Below, piece by piece: positions 55,021 to 64,000 of a DNA stretch of 64,000 nt (positions are counted from its first letter, which is position 1; each line of letters starts with the position of its first letter). Under the pieces are notes generated by a model. It made no database searches, was not told where the DNA came from, and saw nothing but the letters and a program-made list of their open reading frames with translations. Source of the DNA: Yuukianura sp. NJ FZ-2021 (lineage: Eukaryota); assembly GCA_046563655.1 (NCBI GenBank), contig CM102286.1, positions 12,338,001-12,402,000 on the forward strand, given 5' to 3'. Both the position numbers and the translations under genes were made by a program.

Positions 55021-56441
55021 GATAAGAGATAGAGAGTTATACAGTAAAGGCATCGTACGGCAGAGGCATGTTGCGTTGTGGGTTAAAGCCGTTAAACTGC
55101 CGAGTATTCAACTTAATTATATTTCTAGTTGTTTTTTTTATACATGGTTTGATAATAATTAGCCAATTATTAATCATTAAATAAAACTATAGATATGGGG
55201 ACAAAAATAGTAAGCAGAGTTCCAATTAAAATTCAGAAAAAGTAAGAAATGTTACACGAGGTCGTAGTTATCGGCCATGAAACTAAGCAATTCGAATCGG
55301 AAGCAATAGGCGTACGCTGAAGAAGCCTGCAGTCTGAAGGTGACGCTAACCGCGACTGATTTCGCAAATGAGGACCATAAAGCGTACTTCAACCAATGTT
55401 TGTTGTGTTTGTTTTCTGCAACCATTCATTAGCCGATATGTAAATAAGACCTCTTCAAGGGTCTGGCTAAAGGTCGGATCTGCGACGCCTTTGATTTCGT
55501 TCAAATATTTACTAGTAGCTATGAATTTACTGTTAGTAAGTTATCGTTATAAAACGATATAGTAGCTATATTGCTATTCCATTATATGTTTTATCATATT
55601 GTGTTGTTAGTATTTGTCATGCTAGAGATGTGGTTTTTGGAATGCCATGGAATAAAACGTTCAGAGTGCGAGGAATCCGGCGTCACGTTGTGCCCCGCTC
55701 AAATCAGATCACATGAATCTGGGATTCCTGCTTTTCGCCAGACCCCCTAGCCGTTCCTAAATTATTTTAACGGATGGCGTAATGTTTAACATGCGTTAAC
55801 TCGTTTCGCCTCTTACGACCATAGTTCGAAGCTACCATACGCGGCTACACCTGAATGGCAACTTTATGCAGCCAGTTTAGTTTAACTGAAAAGTAACCAC
55901 CAAACCACCCAATGCGCATGAATAGTGTTAAGCTGTGTGGTAACAATAAGCTACGCTAAACATTACTCCAACCATATTTTCATCCGAATTCCTCATTGTT
56001 GGTCGTCATCAGCTGTTTTTTTTTAAATTTAGCATTGTTGTTTTATTACATACAATTTGAAGTTCATAAGTTCATTTGGCTTGTGTGAATCATCTTCATC
56101 AATCACGGACATAATGAATACCATGGACTAATACTGTACGAGTAAACTGAAACTGACATCACAATTCTAATTGGAAGTGGTGAGCAGACGACACAAATTG
56201 TAGATTGGCCTCAAGTTGAGGCCGTCAACAATTTGTGAGCCTACATCATAACTTTCTTCTTTTCGTTCTATCTTAAAACTCGTAAAAATCTTAGAATGCG
56301 GTCCGCGGGCGGACTGACATGTGAATTAATGAACCCTTAATCAATATTATACTTAAGACACCTGATTGAAATTTACCCTAGGATAATCGACTTGTACTAT
56401 ATTCATGACTTATGACTATTTCATTTAATTTGATCTAGATC

Positions 56442-59400
56442 ATGTCTTTCTCATGTTCAACCAGGCTGTTGAATTGTAAACACTTCTTCGATCAAGGCAG
56501 ATGGAGAGCATTATCGACCTACAGGACTTTCCTCTCTTCACGGTCAACGACAAATAACCCAGTATTCAAGGCTGCAGATCTAAAGATTAAGAATGGGCAG
56601 GTACGTTGTTCAACCATTTTGCCGTACAGTTTTTTTTTAAATATTGAATACTTAAGAGTGTATATGACCAATTTGAGCCAAGTGACCAGTTTATCACTAT
56701 TTAACCTTACCCCGCCGGACTAATTAGTAAAATCATAGCTTAGTGTGTCAATTTTATCAAACAGAAGCAGCGAACGGGCAGTTTAGAAACGGATCGGGAT
56801 CGTACCATTCCGAATCACAAATCGTTATCGTCTCGATAATCCTTGTCAATCGCCAGCTTATAGTAACGCCTACACAATTCATTGCTCAAGTTTATCAGCC
56901 AACGTAATTCATTCAGTACTGGTAAATTCGTAGAAAATGAAACGCAAGGGAAGGACACACAGGCGTAGGTCAAGTAAAGTCAAAGTCACAGAACTCTCTC
57001 AGTCTCGTCATCCAATACCGCTCCATTCAACATCGCCAATAATTCGTATTCTTCAGTACTTGCACAGTCAATCCAGCTACTTCAAAACCGTTAACGTGCA
57101 ACCTGCTTTATTCCATGTACAAGACTCAAAAAATTCAGAGGATGTAGTCTATCGGGGAATTTCCGCAATGAAGAGGATTGGATCTGGCACGGTTCTCTTA
57201 ACCCTCCCGGAGTCACTACTTATTAAACCAGTTGACGTACTGCGACATCTCAAACAGAGTTCATTTGCGTCATCAGATGTTTTGGCCACCTTGCCAATTG
57301 CGTCGTTACTCGCCTTATTCCTGCTCCGTGAAATCAAATTGGGGAAGGAGTCGGAATTTCAACACTACATGGATACGCTCCCGGACAGTTTCTTGGAAAA
57401 CCCAATTTATTTGCCAGAAGAGGAGAAGAATATTCTTCCCGCAGCCTTACAAAAGTATCTCAGTGATCACTTTCAGGATATTCAGAAGCAATTTCAAAAC
57501 CTACGGACGAATTTTGATTGGTTTGACTTCGAAGAGTTCCAGTTTGCCTTCCTAGCTGTGAGTACTCGAACAGTCTTTTACGAACCAGAAGGAGGCCAGC
57601 GACAAATGGCACTAGCTCCATTCCTTGACCTCTTCAATCATTCTCCCATACCTAACAGTGAAACGTCATTTGACAAAGTGACTCGGAGTTACGTCATCAA
57701 GTCGTCTAACCGTATCAATCGCTGGGAGCAAGTTTTTGTCAGCTACGGTCCTCACTCTAATCATGCTTTGTGGCTCGACTATGGTTTTATTCCCACAGAA
57801 CTCAACCCATTCAATATCATTCCGCTGGAATTCAATGCCTTAGTTCAACAGAATAAGTGGCTGGACCAGGTCATGAACGACAAGCGAAAAATGAATGTCG
57901 TCAAACAGTACTCGTTGACTGAGAATTTAGCTCTGCATCAGCACGAACTTTCTTACAACTTATGCTTGCTCATTCACATTGCCCTCTGGAATCCAGCGCA
58001 GACGACTACTTTTGATTTCGAGATTGACTGTGCCAGTGCTCAGTTTAAGGAAATGGCTTTAACCCTCACCGAAAACGAACTTTCTAGTTACAAACAGTCC
58101 TTGGAGAAGCTGAAAGCGTCGCCCGCTACCCCCTCAGTCTCTACCACTACTGATCTTCTGAATAGTTCAATTATTTTTATGCAATCCCTGATCGAATGCT
58201 TAAAGTGAGCAGTGAGTGTTTGAAGCAAGTATTTTGGGGAGCTGAAGTTTAACCGCTTGTTATTTTATTGTTTTATGACGCAGTCCGGATTTTTTTTTAC
58301 TAGTGTTTACTGTTCATGTGTTCCTTTTAGAGTAATCTGTTTCACCCCCAGAGATCCTGTTTTCACCCGGGAGTCAGCAGTCTCGCTCGAGAGGGAATCA
58401 AACTTCCAAGTTCCGCTCAAGAAGTTTCTTCTAGTCACATGCTGAAAGTAATGTTGACCTACATTTGGCCTAAAGTAAGTCCATTTTGTAAAACTATGAC
58501 CATACCGCGTTGATTGGCTAACGTTAAAATGTTCTTTGATTCCTTTCTATTTTTGCTTTTAAGGACAACTTAGAGATTCGTCAACGTGTAATGGTGGCCT
58601 TAGGACTACTCGTTTCGGCCAAGGTTTTAAACGTCTGCGTTCCTGTGATGTTCAAGCTTGCGGTTGATAATTTAGCGCCTACGGCTGCTGCCGGATTAAC
58701 TGACACCGTCTCAACGGTAACCACGTTTTCGCTGGCTATTCTCGTTGGTTGTAAGTACTAATCAGTCATCATTTAGGTTATATCACAGTAAAAATCAAAT
58801 TGACATTCTATCATGTTCTTTCTTTAGATGGATTGGCACGCCTGGGATCATCTGGATTCAACGAGCTAAGAAACGCTGTTTTTGCCAAAGTTGCTCAGAG
58901 AAGTATCCGGAAAATTTCTCGGAACGTGTTTCTACATCTCCACAATTTAGATTTATCATTTCACCTGAGCCGTCAAACTGGAGCATTGTCTAAGGTTAAA
59001 CCTCATTTGTTTATACTTTGAATATCTTTGAAGATATAACTGAAGAGAAAACATGATCAATTATCTTTTGAGCAGACAATCGATCGTGGGTCTCGCGGAA
59101 TTAATTTTGTGCTTACAGCGATGGTGTTCAATATCGTACCAACATTATTTGAATTGGGTCTTGTCTCTGCAGTTTTGGTAAGATAAATCAAGCAATGTTA
59201 AACATGGGTTGCCCATTCTCAAGCGTAATGCATGACTATAAAATTTGTTTGTTTAGGGATATTCTTTTGGTGCAAACTTCGCCCTGGTTGCTGTCGGTTG
59301 CGTTTCAACGTATGCTGCTTATACGCTTACTATGACTCAGTGGAGAACGAAGTTCAGGGTGGCGATGAATAAGGCGGATAATGAATCCGGGAATCGTGCC

Positions 59401-61219
59401 GTAGACTCTTTGCTGAACTATGAAACAGTGAAGTACTTCAATAATGAGCAATACGAGGCAGACAGATACGACGAGAGTCTTCAGAAGTACGAGAAAGCTT
59501 CGTTATTGACCAGTTCATCATTAGCGGCTTTGAATTTTGGACAAAATGCTATTTTTAGCGTAGCTCTAAGTGGAATTATGATCATGGCGGCTCAGGAGAT
59601 TGCTAAAGGTGAGCTGACATGAACTGGAGCGGGAGTGTGATGCGAGCTGGGATGTTTGATTTTATGTCCTTGTTCAGGCAACATGTTTTTTTTTGATTTT
59701 TCATTGCAGGCAACATGTCTGTGGGAGACTTAGTCATGGTCAATGGACTCTTGTTTCAACTGTCTGTACCATTGAATTTTTTGGGATCTGTCTATCGAGA
59801 AATTCGCCAAGCAATGATTGATATGACCACAATGTTTTCTCTTTTATCCGTTCCAACTAAAGTGCGGGTAAGATTCTTGTTATAACCTTTCGAGACGCGA
59901 TTTCTATCTTAAATTTAGAATTTGTGACTATTAACTACGAAATCATCTATGTATAGTCTAACGACGCTGCCCCGTTGCTCAACCTTGGCGGTAATCAAAA
60001 GGCATCAATAGAATTCCGGGACGTATATTTTGGATACAGTGCAAACGCGCCAATTCTCAACGGACTGTCCTTTGTAATTGAACCTGGCAAAAAAGTTGCA
60101 ATTGTTGGAGGTTCTGGGTCTGGGTAAGGTGCCAACGCAACCAAAATACGATAAGTAAAGTTAGTACCGTATTTTCTCGCGTATAAGACACTCTCACTTA
60201 TCGAACCCAGAAACTCTCGAAAGTTCCTCCACGAAGGACCGTGCCACAATTTGAATAGCCAGGAACCACAACCATACCAAAAATGCTGGATTTGATTAGT
60301 TACCATTAGATTAAAACCGTTTCAAGTAGGGTTTAAACGTTTGCCAACAATTCCTACAAATGAACAAAGGTCAGTTTTCACCGAAAAAAAAATTCTTTTG
60401 CCTTCCAAAACTATTCGACGCGTCATACGTGAGAAAATACGGTATGTCTATTAAATAGGGTTTATTAATATTTTCAGAAAGTCTACGATAATTCGACTAT
60501 TGTATCGCTTTTTTGACCCTCAACAAGGAAGCGTACATATTGGGGGTGAAAATATTTCACGAGTAGACCTTGACTCCTTACGCAGATCAATTGCAGTTGT
60601 GCCACAGGTTAGCCCTTGAATTTTCAATAAGAATCCGAATTTTCTTCATCCTGTCTTGTGAATTCATTCCAGGACTCCGTACTATTTCACGAAAGTATAC
60701 TTTACAACCTTCAATATGGAAATCTTCAAGCGCCGATCGACGACGTCTACAAAGCTGCCGAACTGGCTGACCTCCATCTAGCAATTAAAAGATGGCCAAA
60801 AGGTTACGATACACCAGTGGGAGAACGGGGACTCAAATTGTCAGGGGGAGAAAAACAGAGAGTGGCTATCGCTCGTGCTGTATTAAAGAAAACTCCAATT
60901 CTGGTCTTCGACGAAGCTACATCATCGCTCGACTCCATCACAGAGAATGTAAAGTATTTCTACGCAAATGTTTCCCAAATAGTATCTAACTATACAAAAA
61001 TCAATAGTGTCTATTCTATTGCAGAACATTTTGGTGGCATTAAGGAAAGCATCCCTGGACAGGACGTCAATTTGGATCGCCCATCGTCTTTCAACAGTTA
61101 TGGACGCCGATGAAATTCTAGTGATAGAAGGAGGAAGAGTCGTAGACAAAGGGACACACAGTGAACTAATCAACAGAAAATCTTCCCTATATCATTCGCT
61201 TTGGAACGCTCAGACGTAG
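56442..61219 (+). CDS. ABCB7: Mitochondrial ABC transporter ABCB7/Atm1, multi-exon; intron 1 (56601-58330) hosts SETD4
   Basis: Exon 1 (56442-56600) is an Arg/Ser-rich presequence. Exon 2 starts at 58331 (RSCFHPG...MLTYIWPK). Then [38 protein letters not shown] (Walker A), [20 protein letters not shown] and IAHRLST. TAG ends at 61219. Confidence 0.93.
56937..58208 (+). CDS. SETD4: SET domain-containing protein 4-like lysine methyltransferase, intronless, 423 aa
   Basis: Single ORF. The N-terminus [11 protein letters not shown] resembles SETD4. SET motifs [10 protein letters not shown]...[22 protein letters not shown] and [21 protein letters not shown] are present. Confidence 0.85.
   Translation: MKRKGRTHRRRSSKVKVTELSQSRHPIPLHSTSPIIRILQYLHSQSSYFKTVNVQPALFHVQDSKNSEDVVYRGISAMKRIGSGTVLLTLPESLLIKPVDVLRHLKQSSFASSDVLATLPIASLLALFLLREIKLGKESEFQHYMDTLPDSFLENPIYLPEEEKNILPAALQKYLSDHFQDIQKQFQNLRTNFDWFDFEEFQFAFLAVSTRTVFYEPEGGQRQMALAPFLDLFNHSPIPNSETSFDKVTRSYVIKSSNRINRWEQVFVSYGPHSNHALWLDYGFIPTELNPFNIIPLEFNALVQQNKWLDQVMNDKRKMNVVKQYSLTENLALHQHELSYNLCLLIHIALWNPAQTTTFDFEIDCASAQFKEMALTLTENELSSYKQSLEKLKASPATPSVSTTTDLLNSSIIFMQSLIECLK
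60167..60442. mobile_element. Tc2/pogo-like MITE (276 bp, TA TSD) in the ABCB7 intron that splits Walker A
   Basis: TA|CCGTATTTTCTCGCGTATAAGAC ... GTCATACGTGAGAAAATACGG|TA; shares the CCGTATTTTC terminus with the element at 44680. Confidence 0.82.
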
Positions 61220-61786
61220 ATCGGCCTGGTAAAACAATAAATCTAAATATATTCGCTGTTATTTAGTATATTGTTGGATTTTCAGCAGGTTTTTGAAGTA
61301 CTAAACTTTTATTTCGATTCGATATTTGAATTTTAAGTAAGATCTTCCGTTTAAAAGTCTTGGAAAACGGCCAGCAGAGGAATGGTTAGGGACATAAAGT
61401 ACTTATCGTTAGTACGTCTGCAAGGGAAAGGAAATCGGTGAACGTATTGCTTTTGATTGTGGTGTGGTGTGTACAAATATACTTATCCGAATCGGATCAT
61501 CCGATGTTACATTTCAATGGATGGTGCTAGAGTATTGCGAATTTCTTCGGAAACTGTGGGTACAGACTGGCCGAGCGTGTTTACTTCAACCGAAAATTCA
61601 GCGAATTCAGTGGTATAGTCACACCCCTTGTGTTTTTGTTTTCATATTTAAAAGTAACAAGTGTTTTGTTATTTTTTTTTTACAGAGTTTTCACGCCGTA
61701 TTCCGTATTCACAAGGTGGATATTTAGATTTTTGAAGCGTTCGAGCGTTTAGCTGAATACCATATAGGTATCTCCTTAGATCCAAG

Positions 61787-63601
61787 ATGTCGGAGCTGTC
61801 TAACGTCGACATTGGTCGATACAGTAGACAGATGCTACTTCCTGAATTCGGAATCAAAGGTTACCTTGAAGAAATATTTAGAACCGTTTTCGTTTTATAC
61901 TAATTTTGAAACGTTTATGACTCGTCACGACTGTTTCTGAATTAGGACAAAGAGCGCTGAAGAACGGTTCTGCCCTCATAGTAGGTATGGGGGGACTTGG
62001 TTGTCCAGCGGCAATGTACATCGTTTCATCCGGAATCGGTAATTTATTATATATTTTTTCGACTTTATGGATTCATTTTTTTTCGTGTTTGATTTCAGGG
62101 AGAGTAGGACTGGTTGACTACGACATTGTAGAAATAAACAATTTACATCGGCAAGTTCTTCACAACGAGAAGTCACTGAACATTCCAAAAGTAGAATCCG
62201 CCAAAAACTTTCTCAATTCGTAAGTTGCCGATAAGCTGTCAATGTCAACAGTTATATGAATAATTATGTATCAACTTTATTCTGTGATCTTCCAGGCTAA
62301 ATTCGTCTGTGATCGTGCATTGCTTCAACGAACCTTTCACATCTCAAAATGCCCTCGAAATCGTCCAAAACTTTGATGTAATTTTAGACTGCACTGATAA
62401 TCCCGCGACACGCTATCTACTGAACGACGCCTGTGTTCTTAGCAACAAACCCTTGATTTCCGGAAGGTTAAACTCACTTAAGTATAACTTAAGTAATCGA
62501 TGTCATAATTTTATGTAATCCTTTCTGCTTTCTATTAGTGCACTCCGTTTCGAAGGTCAACTGACAACATACAACTGTAATGCTGGTCCATGCTATAGAT
62601 GCCTTTTTCCGAAACCACCGCCAATTGAATTTGTAACAAATTGTTCAGACGGTGGTGTATTAGGACCAAGTAAGATTTTTACTTTGAAGAAATCATGTAT
62701 GTCAATCCCTAATGAAATTCCCTGTAACTAGTACCAGGAATCATCGGAACTCTACAGGCGCTGGAGTGTATCAAGCTAATCGCTGGAATTGGTCCATCCT
62801 ATGTTGGCAAATTGTTGCTATTTGATGGAATGTCGGGGAAGTTCACTGAAATTAAACTGCGAGGGAAACAATCCAGCTGCGCCGTCTGTGGAACTTCACC
62901 TACAATATCAGCTCTTTCAGAAGATTATGCATTTGTATGCGGAGGTGGATACGATGATAAAGTAATAAGCATGTTCAAGTTGCTTCAAGAACAATTAGCA
63001 AGCATCTTTCGGCTATAACAAAGATGTTGAATCAAGGCTTCGCAGGCAGAATAATGTGATCTTGCTTTGGTTTCAGGACAAAGGCATAACGTTGCTTGAC
63101 GAGAGTGAAAGGCTCACACCTTTAGAATACAAAATCATGTCAGAAGCGCCACATGTACTTATTGATGTACGAGATCACCAAGGTTTTGAATTCTGTTCCT
63201 TACCAACAACAACGCTCAACTTACCCTACGACGACCTTGAATCGAGTGGCATTCAGAAACTTAAGGCTCATCTTCGAAATGAAAGTTACGACAAAAGCGT
63301 TCCTGGTAAGTTTTATTTTAATAATTTTTTTGAGTTGTTTAGTGTGTGTACAAATCTTATCGTCTAAATTTTTCACTACTACGATCTACATGTATAACAA
63401 TGACAATTGACAAATGAGTTGTTTTGTAAATTATGCATTATAACAGTTATCGTCGTCTGTCGAAGAGGGAATGATTCACAGCGAGCTGTACAGTTACTCA
63501 AAGAAAAGTTTCCAGCAGAATTCAATTTAAAATTTAAGGATATCAAGGGCGGTCTCCACGGTTGGACTAAGGAAGTAGATCCTAATTTTCCAATGTACTA
63601 A
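61787..63601 (+). CDS. MOCS3: Adenylyltransferase and sulfurtransferase MOCS3/Uba4 (E1-like plus rhodanese), multi-exon
   Basis: [76 protein letters not shown]...NCSDGGVLG, rhodanese loop CRRGNDSQ and C-terminal DPNFPMY*. The start codon is somewhat uncertain. Confidence 0.93.
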
Positions 63602-64000
63602 TAACTGAAATTACGCCACTAATTAAACGCAGTGCGGTGAGTTTATGGCTGTCGAGATAACCTGTTTTAATTATAGACGAATCTGGAAATTTTACGCGCA
63701 GTCATCATTCGTAACCAATTCACATTAAGTCAGACGAAAATAACAGAAAGGCTAAATTATGTCCATGACCTCTCTCAAATTTTGACAGTATTTAACTCTC
63801 CCTCTGTCTTATCACACACTCCCAAGTGACCACCTCATTTGCTCATTCCTAAGTCATGTTTAAGGGTCCAAGTTTAGCAAGCGCAGTTGTCTCCACCTCG
63901 AGCATTCCGAACATCGTTACTTATCGTTATATGATCCGGAAATTCATTGTAGACGTCCACTTCTGTTTCCTGTGCTAGTGCGTTCTTTGCGATTGTATGA

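Noticed and set aside
59610..59710. G-rich ABCB7 intron considered as a snoRNA or mirtron host
   Set aside because: No paired C/D boxes, no convincing H/ACA double hairpin, and only weak stem pairing.
61464..61727. ORF/uORF upstream of MOCS3
   Set aside because: No homology signal, and no splice path that I could place in frame with MOCS3; probably 5' UTR.

Overview
AT-rich, gene-dense eukaryotic DNA with short (about 50-100 nt) GT-AG introns. The gene content (Pox meso, a visual-type G-beta) points to an arthropod. Thirteen spliced or intact protein-coding genes can be read: RMC1 (cut by the left edge), TIMM44, an Mpo1/DUF962-family membrane dioxygenase, SIK2, mRpL41, Pox meso (Pax1/9), a Gbeta76C-like G-beta, COQ8, TMX1, a small secreted 6-Cys peptide, XPD/ERCC2, ABCB7 and MOCS3/Uba4. 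There is also an intronless SETD4 nested on the same strand in ABCB7 intron 1, and a decayed NF-X1 zinc-finger (ZNFX1-like) fragment. Several non-autonomous DNA transposons are present. One is a 2.55 kb hAT-like element with a perfect 8-bp TSD and three nested MITEs. Another is a MITE inserted into the TA of a splice-acceptor TAG. The most notable observations are the intact six-exon Mpo1 homologue (a family I recall being described as absent from animals), the SETD4-in-ABCB7 arrangement with a possible in-frame splice from the mitochondrial-targeting exon, and the unassigned Cys-rich secreted peptide. All gene models were spliced by eye and homologies come from remembered motifs, not database searches.
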